A stretch of DNA of 64,000 bases. It comes from Candidatus Eiseniibacteriota bacterium. Its GTDB lineage: Bacteria > Eisenbacteria > RBG-16-71-46. The stretch lies in the NCBI GenBank assembly GCA_963717505.1, contig OY970342.1, positions 1,920,001 to 1,984,000 on the forward strand. The letters run 5' to 3'. The notes beneath the pieces were generated by a model. It did no database searches and was not told where the DNA came from. It saw only the letters and a program-made list of their open reading frames with translations. This document shows, piece after piece, positions 19,055 to 28,530 of this stretch. The translations under genes and the position numbers were made by a program. Within the stretch, counting starts at the first letter, position 1; the number at the start of each line of letters is the position of its first letter.

Positions 19055-20604
19055 GGAGCCTCGCGCTGCGGGTCGACGCCACCGGCGGAGCGTAACGCTC
19101 GTTCCCTGAGTGCCGCCGCCTCGGCCATCGTCGAATCCAGCGCCAACGCCCGGTCGAGTCGCGCCAACGCCCCTCGGGGATCGCCCAATTGCAGCAGCGC
19201 GAGCCCGGCGTTCTTGTACAGGAACGCCTCGCCCGGAAATCGGGCAATGCCGCGTTCGAGCAGGACCCACGCGTCGCCCACCTGCCGATTCTGAATCAGG
19301 GCCCAGCCCAGGTTGTTGTAGGACTCGGCACTCGAGGAGTCGACCGCGAACGACTGGCGCTGGTTCGCCACCGCCTCGCCGTACATACCGCGCTTCGAGT
19401 ATGAGTCGGCCAGGTTGAAGTAGGCGCCGGCGCGCACGGCGGGGTCGCGGGGGTGGTGGCGGAGCATGGCTTGGAACAGCGAGTCGGCCGTCGCGTAGCG
19501 GCCGTCCTGGACCGCGAGTATCCCGAGCGAGCTGAGCACGTTGGCATTCGCGGGATCCTTGGCCACCGCTTGCTCGAGCAGGCTGCGAGACAGGTCCGAG
19601 CGGCCGGCCTGGTTCGCCTCGAGGGCGAGCTCGAACAACCGTCCCGCTTCCGCCTGTCTCTTCGACCCGCGAGAGACCATAAAACCCAGGCCCACGACCC
19701 CGAGGGTGACGACCAACGCGAGACCGACGAACAGCGCACGCGCCCGACCCGCCCGTGAACCCACCGGGGTTTGCATGTAAGTTTCGGCGCCGGTCCCCGA
19801 AACCCCGGTCAGCGAAGCCAGCTCCCGCGCCACGTCCGCGGCGCCGATGCGGGATGCCGGATCCTTCTCGAGCATGCGCTCGACCAGCCTGACGGCGGCC
19901 TCCGGCGCTTCCGGACGCGCGGCTGACAATGACGGCGGCGGCTCGTTCGTGATCTGGAACATGGTCGCCATTGCATTGTCGCTGGGATAGGCGCGACGCC
20001 CCGCCAGCATCTCCCACAACACCAGTCCGAGCGCGAATACGTCGGAGGCCGCGACCGGTTCGCTGCGAATCGCTTCCGGCGACATGTATGCCGGCGTGCC
20101 GAGCTGGGTGCCGGCCACCGTGACGCGTGACGCCTGCGTGGCGCGCGCCAGGCCGAAATCCATGACCCGGATCGCCCCATGTTCGTCGAACATCAGGTTC
20201 TCGGGTTTGATGTCCCGATGGCTGGTGCCGCGGCGGTGCGCGTAGGCGAGCGCGTCGGCCACATCGCGCGCGATGGTCAGAGCATCGGTCAACGGGAGCG
20301 GTCCGCCGGCGAGTCGCTCGCGCAGACTCGGTCCGGCCAACAGCTCCATCGCGATGAACGGCCGCTCGGCGTCGGGCTCGAACGCGTACACGGTGGCGAT
20401 GTGAGCGTGTCCGAGCTCGGCCGCTGCGAGGGCCTCGCGCTCGAAGCGCTCGAGCGCGTGCGGCTCCGACATCAGCTCGGCAGACAGGAACTTGAGCGCG
20501 ACCCGGCGGCGCAGCTTGAGGTCGGTCGCTTCCCAGACCTCGCCCATGCCGCCGCGGCCGATGCGGCGCAGCAACTCGTAGTGCGAGATGCGTTCGTGGT
20601 CCAT
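19051..20604 (-). CDS. Hanks-type Ser/Thr protein kinase with one TM and C-terminal TPR repeats
   Basis: GRGGMGEV, VALK, HRDIKPEN, DFGLA, GTPAYMSPE; hydrophobic segment LFVGLALVVTLGVVGLGFMV; TPR motifs AYFNLA, SYNNLGW. Confidence 0.92.
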   Translation of the reverse strand: MDHERISHYELLRRIGRGGMGEVWEATDLKLRRRVALKFLSAELMSEPHALERFEREALAAAELGHAHIATVYAFEPDAERPFIAMELLAGPSLRERLAGGPLPLTDALTIARDVADALAYAHRRGTSHRDIKPENLMFDEHGAIRVMDFGLARATQASRVTVAGTQLGTPAYMSPEAIRSEPVAASDVFALGLVLWEMLAGRRAYPSDNAMATMFQITNEPPPSLSAARPEAPEAAVRLVERMLEKDPASRIGAADVARELASLTGVSGTGAETYMQTPVGSRAGRARALFVGLALVVTLGVVGLGFMVSRGSKRQAEAGRLFELALEANQAGRSDLSRSLLEQAVAKDPANANVLSSLGILAVQDGRYATADSLFQAMLRHHPRDPAVRAGAYFNLADSYSKRGMYGEAVANQRQSFAVDSSSAESYNNLGWALIQNRQVGDAWVLLERGIARFPGEAFLYKNAGLALLQLGDPRGALARLDRALALDSTMAEAAALRERALRSAGGVDPQREAP

Positions 20605-20616
20605 TCGGGAGCGCGA

Positions 20617-20645
20617 AGGCTACTGCTCGGACGGACCCCCAACAA
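20617..20645 (-). promoter_or_regulatory. Putative sigma70 promoter for the kinase gene
   Basis: Minus strand TTGTTG-17 nt-TAGCCT, immediately adjacent to the IS target duplication. Confidence 0.4.
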
Positions 20646-20646
20646 G

Positions 20647-20662
20647 ACCGGTGAATTCCGGG
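20647..20662. repeat. Left target-site duplication (16 bp, ACCGGTGAATTCCGGG)
   Basis: Exact copy at 22023-22038. Confidence 0.9.
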
Positions 20663-22022
20663 TGTAAGGGAGCAGGCTTCTGACCGCGTTTGAGCAGCGA
20701 AGTGACCGCCGGGCGGGTGGGGCTGCTAAGACTGGACGCCAAGGAGGGTCCAGCGATGGCAGCGACCGCAGCCGCCCAGGAGCGGGCCATGAGATTTCAG
20801 GAGGTCATTTTGCAGGCGACACGCGGCAAGATTTCGTGGTGGCAAGCCGCCGAAGTGCTCGGCATCAGTCCGCGGACCTTGCGTCGCTGGAGAGTGGGTT
20901 ACCAGAAGTACGGAGTCAGGGGACTGCAGGACGGGCGTCGCGTGGATCGGGCCCCGAATGGGGTTCCAGAAGCGGAGATCCAACGTTGGATGAAGCTCTA
21001 CGAGCGGCACTGCCGCGGTTATAACGTGCGGCACTTCTACGCGGTGATGAAGCGTGAGCAGGGTGGCTGTCGCTGGTCGTACACGGTGGTGCGACGCGCG
21101 CTCCAGCACGCCGGCCTGGTGAAGAAGAAGCGTCCGCGCGGACGGCACTTCATCCGGCGCGAACCGCGTCCGTGCCGTGGCGAGCTCATCCACATCGACG
21201 GCAGCCGACACCGCTGGCTGACGCTGCTGCCGGACCAATGGCAGTGCCTGATTGCGGTCGTAGACGATGCGACCAAGCACCTGCTGTACGCGCAACTCGT
21301 CGAGAGCGAGACGACGACGACGATCATGACCGCACTGGCGGCCGTGGTCCGTGAACACGGCATCCCCCAGAGCGTCTATAGCGACCGTGCTGCGTGGGCC
21401 ACCTTCACTGCCCGTGCCGGCCAAGTCGTCGACCGATCGCGGCACACTCAGGTCGGACGGGCGCTTCACCATCTCGGCGTCGAACACATCATGGCCTACT
21501 CGCCGCAGGCCCGGGGCCGCAGCGAGCGCGTCAACCGTACGCTCCAGGACCGGTTGATCAAGGAGTTGCAGACCCACCACATCCGCACGGTCGACCGCGC
21601 CAATCGTTACCTGCGCGAGCGGTTCGTGCCCGAGTACAACCGCGAGTTCGCCCGCACCCCGGCCGAGGACGCATCCGGGTTTGCACCTCTCGGCGGGGCG
21701 GACCTCGATGCGATCTTCTGTCACCTCGAGTCCAGGACCGTGCAGCGCGACAACACGGTCACCCTGGATGGCCTCACGCTTCAGATCGCTCGTCAGCCCG
21801 GTCGCAGGACCTGTGCGGGCCTCACCGTCGAGCTGCGACGTCATCTCGACGGAACCCACACCATCACCTGTGGCACCAAGCTCTTCGGTCGCTACTCGGC
21901 CCAGGGACGTGCCCTCAGCGTTGAACCCATCGTTCACCCGGCGGCTGCAGTTCAGGCCGCCGTTGCTTAGGACCAGCGGTCAGATCGCTGCTCAAAAACG
22001 GTCAGATGGCTTGCTCTCAACA
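20663..22022 (+). mobile_element. Complete insertion sequence, 1360 bp, IS1202-like (ISNCY/IS481-related)
   Basis: TGT...ACA ends; 47-bp imperfect inverted repeats (20663-20709 and 21976-22022), each with two TGACCG motifs 22 bp apart; 16-bp flanking direct repeat; single transposase ORF. Confidence 0.9.
20756..21970 (+). CDS. DDE (integrase-core) transposase
   Basis: N-terminal HTH (AAEVLGISPRTLRRW), GELIHIDGSRHRW, VDDAT, YSDR, SPQARGRSERVNRTLQDRL; AAGGAGG RBS before ATG 20756. Confidence 0.93.
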   Translation: MAATAAAQERAMRFQEVILQATRGKISWWQAAEVLGISPRTLRRWRVGYQKYGVRGLQDGRRVDRAPNGVPEAEIQRWMKLYERHCRGYNVRHFYAVMKREQGGCRWSYTVVRRALQHAGLVKKKRPRGRHFIRREPRPCRGELIHIDGSRHRWLTLLPDQWQCLIAVVDDATKHLLYAQLVESETTTTIMTALAAVVREHGIPQSVYSDRAAWATFTARAGQVVDRSRHTQVGRALHHLGVEHIMAYSPQARGRSERVNRTLQDRLIKELQTHHIRTVDRANRYLRERFVPEYNREFARTPAEDASGFAPLGGADLDAIFCHLESRTVQRDNTVTLDGLTLQIARQPGRRTCAGLTVELRRHLDGTHTITCGTKLFGRYSAQGRALSVEPIVHPAAAVQAAVA

Positions 22023-22038
22023 ACCGGTGAATTCCGGG
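22023..22038. repeat. Right target-site duplication (16 bp)
   Basis: Exact copy of 20647-20662. Confidence 0.9.
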
Positions 22039-22102
22039 TGCCGAGTCGATTCGAGCGGACCCGCGACCGCCCGCGCGCAGTGAGGCGGGTGCGAGGCGGC
22101 GA

Positions 22103-23074
22103 CTATGGGGTCGCGCGGGACAGCTCGGCCGCTTTCTTGGATTCCGCCGCGGCCAGGTCGGTCAATCCCACGGTGCGATAGGCGCTGCTCAGCGCCTCGT
22201 GTGGTCCGGGCGCCTCGGGATCCAGCCGGCACAACGCCTCGAAGTGGGGGATGGCTTCGCCGTACAGGCCCTGGCCCATCAGATAGGACCCGGCCAGGTA
22301 ATGCGCCGCCTGCGGCGCTCCTTCGCGACTTGCGCGTTCGATGCTGCTCAGGTGGTCGACGACCTGGCGCGACTCGGGCGGCGTCATGACCGAGAACGCG
22401 GTGGCCTCGCTCCGGATGCGTCCCGACTCCCCCCACGCCGTGAGCTCGATCACGTAGTCGACTCCAGGCGCCAGTGAAGCCCGTTCCGCGGGGAACGCGG
22501 CGGAGGTGTCAGCGGTCTCGAGCCGGAACAGCTCGTCGTCGGCGTCTCCCGAAACCACCAGGAGATAGCGCGTGGCGCCGGGCACCGGGCGCCATTGGAA
22601 TTCCGGACGATCGCTGCGAATCACCGTGCGACGAGGCGACAGCACGAGGGGCTGAGGTTCTCCCGCATCGCCGCGCATCGGCGCGAGAGCGATCATCCCC
22701 GACTGCTTGGACTCGCCCTTGATGAAGCGAGAGATCTTGAGGAAGACGTCCCGCGAGACATCGGAGCCTGGTCCGAGCCGCTGCGCGTTTTCGGCGGTGA
22801 CCTTGCCGCCCACCGTCACCGTGCTCTGAGCACCCAGCTCGATCAGGTTGCCGTTGCCGAAAAAGAGTGAGGCGCTACTCGCGGCCCCTACCTGCACCCG
22901 GTCTCCGCGCTCGAGCGGACGCCCGAGCACGGCGCGCTGCGCCGCGCTCGAACCGGCCGGGGTGACCGTGACCTTGCCCTTCATTGCGACCACGAACGCC
23001 ACCGGATCGGCCAGCGCGACCGAGGCCAGGAACGTGGCGAGCCCAACGCATCCGACGATGCCGAGCCGGGTCAT
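22103..23074 (-). CDS. Secreted protein with FecR-like N-terminus, DUF928-like middle domain and C-terminal TPR
   Basis: Signal peptide ending ALA; V..MKGKV...L.RGD.V.VG..SSA.L.F (FecR-like); MRG...LSPRRT...RPEFQW (DUF928-like); TPR helices at the C-terminus; GGAGG RBS. Domain names are recalled by pattern. Confidence 0.65.
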   Translation of the reverse strand: MTRLGIVGCVGLATFLASVALADPVAFVVAMKGKVTVTPAGSSAAQRAVLGRPLERGDRVQVGAASSASLFFGNGNLIELGAQSTVTVGGKVTAENAQRLGPGSDVSRDVFLKISRFIKGESKQSGMIALAPMRGDAGEPQPLVLSPRRTVIRSDRPEFQWRPVPGATRYLLVVSGDADDELFRLETADTSAAFPAERASLAPGVDYVIELTAWGESGRIRSEATAFSVMTPPESRQVVDHLSSIERASREGAPQAAHYLAGSYLMGQGLYGEAIPHFEALCRLDPEAPGPHEALSSAYRTVGLTDLAAAESKKAAELSRATP

Positions 23075-23301
23075 GCCCCCCTCCGCAATCCATTGAATTC
23101 GCCCACGAATCAACCCTAGGTCACGCGCTCCATGCCGACAACGGCTCTTCCGGACGGCGGAGCAACATCACCCCTGCGGCCCGAATCGACCCCACCCCAT
23201 TGCCGCCGTCCGTCTCTGGATCAAAGTACCCCGGCGCCCGTTCGAAGTTGGTGCGCCAGAAGCCCCTGGACCGGCTGCGCTCTTGGCTTCAGGGGCGGTC
23301 C

Positions 23302-23330
23302 TTGCCGCCTGCCGGGGCTGCGGCTAAGGT
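23302..23330 (+). promoter_or_regulatory. Putative sigma70 promoter for pyrR
   Basis: TTGCCG-17 nt-TAAGGT; a leader hairpin ACCGTCGC/GCGACGGT follows at 23347-23368. Confidence 0.45.
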
Positions 23331-23347
23331 GCCTGGACTCGGGATGA

Positions 23348-23938
<591 letters not shown>

Positions 23939-23963
23939 GTCCGCACGCTCCGGGCGCGCACCG

Positions 23964-26039
23964 CTAGTCGAGCGGCCCCGAACCACCCACCAGTACGAAG
24001 GGCGCCCAGAAGTAAGGGGACCGCGTCTCCACGTCCTGCAGCAGGATCCGCTTCGCGTCCGCGAGGGCGCCGGCGCGGGACAGGCCAGCCTTGAGCACCT
24101 GTCCGTAATAGCGTTCGAGCAGTTGGTCCGTCGAACGGCCTCGGACGCGCCAGTGGCTCAAGAGGACGCTCTCGGCGCCGGACGCCAGGAATCCATGCGC
24201 GAAGCCGACCACGCCCTCGGCACCATCGATCCTCCCGAGCCCGGCCTCGCACGCGGGAATCGTGACCTGCGAAGCGCGGAGGCGCAGCCCCACGAGGTCG
24301 GCGAGGCCCACGAAGCTCGACTCGCTGCCGCCGGACTCAGCCGCGAGCCGTACCCCCGAACGCTCCGGCTCGATGTCGTTGGCCGTGGCCGGGCTCGCCA
24401 GGTGAAGCACGTCCGCCTCCATGAATTCGCGGGCCGCGAGCAGCCGCGATCGACTGGCCTCGGCGCTGGTCCACCCAACAAAGGAGCGCTTGCGGGCGAG
24501 CTTGGACAACGTCTCGAGCTGGTTCGTATCGCCGATCGCCAGGATCGGACCGACGACGACATCGTGAGACAAGCGGCCGAGCACGGTGGCGGAGGGGGCG
24601 TACGAGATCGCGAAGCGACTGATCAGGAAGTCGCGAGGCGTGGGCCCAAGGTCGGTGGCAGGAACTGCGAGCAGGGCCTCGAAGGGAATCGAAGCCAGTT
24701 CGCCGTCCGGCACCACGATCAGCTCCGAGACGCCCTTGAGCCAGGGCTCGGCCGGCTGGATCAGCGCGCGATAGAGCTGATGGCTGACGGTGAGGGCGTT
24801 GCGATCTCCCGCCCGGCTGGGGTCGGCGAGACTCGTTCGCAGGGTTCGCACTCGGTCGCGCAGGGCGCGGCGGGAGGGCAGGCTCAGGTGGCGAAACTCG
24901 TCTCGGCGAAGCACCCATAGCGAGGTGCTCGAGTCGCCTACGCTGTAGTAGAGCATCGCCACACGCTTCGAGATCAGCAGGCGCTGAGCGTCCTCGAGTC
25001 CCAGCAGGACCACGGAATCGCGCCCGGCTTCGGGGGCGCCCAGGAGGCGACGCCGGACCAGGAGCGTTTGTGCATGCGCGCGCTCCGCCCACATGAAGCC
25101 TCGAGTCGCGAAGCCGCTGTCGGGGAACGCCTTCTCGAGGCGCGCGTGCAAATGAACCATCGACTCGTAGGCAGGCAACGCCCCCGGCGCGGGTCGGGAC
25201 TCGGTCCGTCCGGACGAATCGATGAGCGCAATCGCCTCGCGGTAGTGCTCGATGGCCAGCGTGTGGTTGCGGCGACGCTCCGCGACGCCGCCGAGCCCGA
25301 TCAGGGCGCGCTGCGCCAGGTCGAGGGAGCCGGCGTAAAGGGCGAGTTCCAGCGCTTGTCGGTGCCCGGCTTCCGCAGGATCGAGGCGCCCGGAGAACTC
25401 CCGCGCGGTGGCGAGCCCGATCAGGTCCTCGGCGCGATCCTCCAGTCCCAGTCCGCCGGAACTCGCGAGCGCGCGTTCGAACCATGGTTCGGCATCGGCC
25501 GCTCGACCGCGGTCGAGTGCCAACCGGCCGATCAGCGACGCGGCGTTGCGGACCAGGGTCGAATCTCCCGCTTCCGACGCGGCGGCGAGCGATTCGCGCG
25601 CTCGCGCATCGGCTCCGGGGGCATCGCCCGACAGGCCCTGTGCCCAGGCGAGGTTCCGGAGAATCCGCGAACGGAGCGCGGGATCGCGGAGCGAGTCGGC
25701 AATCGCCAGGGCGCGGGTCAGGTCGTTGCGCGCGGGCCCGGGGTCGCCGAAGGAACCGGCCTCGAGCGCCATCGCCCCGAGGGCCTCGAGCACCGACGCT
25801 GCGCGCACAGGATCACCGAGCCGCCGATAGGATTCGAGTGCCACGCGATAGGCGCTGTCGGCGGTCGCGAAACGGTGCTGGTTGCGGGCGGCCAGCGCAT
25901 AGGCCTCGACGTCCTCCGCCGCCGGCGATTGGGCGTGCGCGACCAGCCCCGGGTCGAGGACTGCGCATTGCGAAACCAGCACGGCCAACGCGGCGGCCGG
26001 TCGGAAAAGGCCCCGGATCGCACGGCGCGAACGCTCCAT
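23964..26039 (-). CDS. TPR + CHAT (caspase HetF-associated) domain protein, probably catalytically inactive
   Basis: Hydrophobic N-terminus, TPR repeats, IVPDGELASIPFEAL, ISYAPSA, ACEAGLG, GAESVLLSHW, PYFWAPFVLVG; the catalytic H-x-x-x-H-G motif reads HLASPA. Start uncertain. Confidence 0.85.
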   Translation of the reverse strand: MERSRRAIRGLFRPAAALAVLVSQCAVLDPGLVAHAQSPAAEDVEAYALAARNQHRFATADSAYRVALESYRRLGDPVRAASVLEALGAMALEAGSFGDPGPARNDLTRALAIADSLRDPALRSRILRNLAWAQGLSGDAPGADARARESLAAASEAGDSTLVRNAASLIGRLALDRGRAADAEPWFERALASSGGLGLEDRAEDLIGLATAREFSGRLDPAEAGHRQALELALYAGSLDLAQRALIGLGGVAERRRNHTLAIEHYREAIALIDSSGRTESRPAPGALPAYESMVHLHARLEKAFPDSGFATRGFMWAERAHAQTLLVRRRLLGAPEAGRDSVVLLGLEDAQRLLISKRVAMLYYSVGDSSTSLWVLRRDEFRHLSLPSRRALRDRVRTLRTSLADPSRAGDRNALTVSHQLYRALIQPAEPWLKGVSELIVVPDGELASIPFEALLAVPATDLGPTPRDFLISRFAISYAPSATVLGRLSHDVVVGPILAIGDTNQLETLSKLARKRSFVGWTSAEASRSRLLAAREFMEADVLHLASPATANDIEPERSGVRLAAESGGSESSFVGLADLVGLRLRASQVTIPACEAGLGRIDGAEGVVGFAHGFLASGAESVLLSHWRVRGRSTDQLLERYYGQVLKAGLSRAGALADAKRILLQDVETRSPYFWAPFVLVGGSGPLD

Positions 26040-26124
26040 GTTCAGAAAATGCCACGTCCAGAGAGTCACTGGCGGCATCCTCGGGCAATCCGCAGCCGGC
26101 GACAAACGTCTCGCGCCGACTTCC

Positions 26125-26153
26125 TTGATCTCGGCGACGCGAAACGCTACATT
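26125..26153 (+). promoter_or_regulatory. Putative sigma70 promoter for the pyrB operon
   Basis: TTGATC-17 nt-TACATT. Confidence 0.6.
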
Positions 26154-26182
26154 CCGCCACCGAGAAAACCATTCGGTTCCGT

Positions 26183-26216
26183 CTCTTTAACGCGACCCCG
26201 CGAGGTCGCGAAGGGG
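26183..26216 (+). promoter_or_regulatory. PyrR-binding RNA hairpin
   Basis: CTCTTT-AA-CGCGACC-CCGCGA-GGTCGCG-AAGGGG matches the established PyrR site (CUUUAA, upper stem, CNGNGA hexaloop, AAGG); pyrR is nearby. Confidence 0.8.
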
Positions 26217-26221
26217 GTGTA

Positions 26222-27217
26222 GTGACCGTGTCTACGCTCATACCGAACCCGGCGTCCCAGGACGCTGGGCTTTTTCATGCGCCCGAGCAGGTCGTTGGCC
26301 CGCACTTGCTGGGTCTCGAGGGGGTCGGTCGGCCGGAGCTGACCGCGATCCTCGACTCGGCGGTCCACTATCGCGAGCGGACGCGCGCCCGCGAGACCTC
26401 GGAAGTGCTCCGCGGGGTCGCGGTCTGCCTGGCCTTCTTCGAGGACTCGACCCGGACTCGCGTCAGCTTCGAGCTGGCCGCGCGCCGGCTGGGCGCGATG
26501 CCCGTGGTGGTCTTCCCGCAGGGGTCTTCGATGTCCAAGGGTGAGAGCCTGCTGGACACCCTGCAGACCATCGTCTCGATGCGCGTCGATCTGGTCGTCG
26601 TGCGGCATCGGTCGGCCGGGGCCTCGCACTACCTCGCTCGCCACCTCGACGCCGGGGTGATCAACGGCGGCGACGGGGCGCACGAGCATCCGACTCAGGG
26701 CCTGCTCGATCTGCTCACCCTGCGCGACGCCTGGCATGGACGCTTCGACGGCCGGCGGATCGCGATCGTCGGCGACCTCGCGCACTCCCGGGTCGCGCGC
26801 TCCGCGATCTTCGGACTGACGACTCTCGGGGCGCGGATCACGGTGGCCGGTCCCGCGACGCTGATGCCGGAGGGCATCGCGAACCTCGGCTGCGACGTCG
26901 CGCCGACCGTCGAAGACGCGCTGCGCGGCGCCGATGCCGCGATGGCGCTGCGGGTCCAGCACGAGCGGATGGAGAAGAGCCTGATTCCCTCGACCCGCGA
27001 GTACGCGCGGCGGTGGGGACTGAACTCGGAGCGCGTGCAACTGATGAAAGCGGATGCGGTCGTCCTGCACCCGGGACCGTTCAATCGCGACGTCGAGATC
27101 GCCTCCGGCGTGGTCGACGGGGAGCGTTCGGTGATCTGGCGGCAGGTCGAGAACGGCGCCGCGGTGCGCTGCGCGGTGCTCGAGCGCTGCGCGCGGGCGC
27201 GCGGAGCCGCGCGATGA
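26222..27217 (+). CDS. pyrB: Aspartate carbamoyltransferase catalytic subunit
   Basis: FFEDSTRTRVSFE, SKGESL, GDGAHEHPTQGLLD, GDLAHSRVARS, LHPGPFNR. Start GTG 26222 or 26228. Confidence 0.95.
   Translation: MTVSTLIPNPASQDAGLFHAPEQVVGPHLLGLEGVGRPELTAILDSAVHYRERTRARETSEVLRGVAVCLAFFEDSTRTRVSFELAARRLGAMPVVVFPQGSSMSKGESLLDTLQTIVSMRVDLVVVRHRSAGASHYLARHLDAGVINGGDGAHEHPTQGLLDLLTLRDAWHGRFDGRRIAIVGDLAHSRVARSAIFGLTTLGARITVAGPATLMPEGIANLGCDVAPTVEDALRGADAAMALRVQHERMEKSLIPSTREYARRWGLNSERVQLMKADAVVLHPGPFNRDVEIASGVVDGERSVIWRQVENGAAVRCAVLERCARARGAAR
26248..26275 (+). terminator. Attenuator-like intrinsic terminator inside the first codons of pyrB
   Basis: CCCGGCGTC-CCAG-GACGCTGGG followed by CTTTTT. Confidence 0.6.
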
Positions 27218-28530
27218 CCGGTCTCCGGATCCAGAACGCGCGACACTGGCGGACCGGCGAGCCCATCGAGGTCGCGATCCGAGACGGGATGATTCAGAGC
27301 GTTTCATCCGCCCCCAAGGGGGAGACACTCGAGAGCATCGATGCCGGCGGCGCGATCCTGGCGCCGGGCCTGGTCGACCTTCACGTCCACCTGCGCGAGC
27401 CCGGGCAGTCGGGAAAAGAGACCATCGTTTCGGGCACGCGCGCCGCGGCCGCCGGGGGTTTCACCGCAGTCGCGTGCATGCCCAACACCGAGCCGGTGCT
27501 CGACTCGCCGGCCTGGATCGAATGGGTGATGAGCCGTGCTCGCGACGCTGGATCCTGCCGCGTGCACCCGATCGCCGCGGTCACGATCGGCCAGAAGGGC
27601 GAGCAGCTCGCCGAGCTGGCTTCCCTGGCCGCCGCGGGGGCGGTGGCGTTCTCCGACGACGGCCGCCCGATCATGAGCGCCGGCATGATGCGCCGTGCAC
27701 TCGAATACGCGCGCGACCTCGGCCGGCCGATCGTCTGCCACGAAGAGGACCTGACGCTCCGCGGCGACGGGCACATGAACGAGGGCCCGGTCGCGACCCG
27801 GCTCGGACTGGCCGGCATCCCGACCGAGGCCGAGAGCGTCATGGTTCGGCGCGATTGCGATCTGGTCGAGCGCACCGGCGGCCGGGCCCACTTCGCGCAC
27901 CTCTCCTGCGTGCGCTCGCTCGACGCGGTGCGCGAAGCCAAGCAGCGCGGACTCCCGGTGAGCGCCGAGACCTGCCCGCACTACTGGACGCTGACCGACG
28001 ACGCCGTGGGTCGCTGGGACACGAACGCCAAGATGAACCCGCCGCTGCGCTCCGAGCGTGACCGCCTCGCGGTGATCGAGGCGATCGCCGACGGCACCGT
28101 GGACTGCCTGACCACCGACCACGCGCCGCACCGCGCGACCGAGAAGGACCTGCCGTTCGACCAGGCGCCGTTCGGCATCGTCGGCCTCGAGACCGCTCTG
28201 GCCCTGACGATCACGAATCTCGTGACCCCCGGGCACATCTCGATGGCGCGCGCGCTCGAGCTGTGGACCGAGGCGCCACGGCGGGTGTTCGGGCTCCCGC
28301 CGGTCGTACTCGCGCCGGGGCATCCGGCGGACCTGGTGCTCATTCGGCCCGACGAGGAGTGGACGGTGAATCCCGAGAAGTTCCATTCACTGGGACGCAA
28401 TACGCCCTTCGCCGGAGCGCGCCTGCAGGGCGTCGTGCTCGCCACGGTCTGCGGCGGGCGCGTCACGCACGCCCACGCCTCTCTGGTTCGTTCGCGCGGT
28501 GCGGCGGCGATGGCGGAGGCGCCTCGATGA
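27214..28530 (+). CDS. pyrC: Dihydroorotase (multifunctional-complex type)
   Basis: PGLVDLHVHLREPG, MPNTEP, FSDDG, KMNPPLR, TDHAPH, GRNTPF; ATG overlaps the pyrB stop. Confidence 0.95.
   Translation: MTGLRIQNARHWRTGEPIEVAIRDGMIQSVSSAPKGETLESIDAGGAILAPGLVDLHVHLREPGQSGKETIVSGTRAAAAGGFTAVACMPNTEPVLDSPAWIEWVMSRARDAGSCRVHPIAAVTIGQKGEQLAELASLAAAGAVAFSDDGRPIMSAGMMRRALEYARDLGRPIVCHEEDLTLRGDGHMNEGPVATRLGLAGIPTEAESVMVRRDCDLVERTGGRAHFAHLSCVRSLDAVREAKQRGLPVSAETCPHYWTLTDDAVGRWDTNAKMNPPLRSERDRLAVIEAIADGTVDCLTTDHAPHRATEKDLPFDQAPFGIVGLETALALTITNLVTPGHISMARALELWTEAPRRVFGLPPVVLAPGHPADLVLIRPDEEWTVNPEKFHSLGRNTPFAGARLQGVVLATVCGGRVTHAHASLVRSRGAAAMAEAPR

Noticed and set aside
23964-26039. CHAT protein as a CRISPR-associated (Csx29-like) or gasdermin-activating protease
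   Set aside because: No cas, gasdermin or NTPase partners nearby, the catalytic His is missing, and the N-terminus looks exported.
26277-26342. ATG just after the pyrB terminator as the true pyrB start
   Set aside because: It is out of frame with pyrB, closes after about 21 codons and has no SD.
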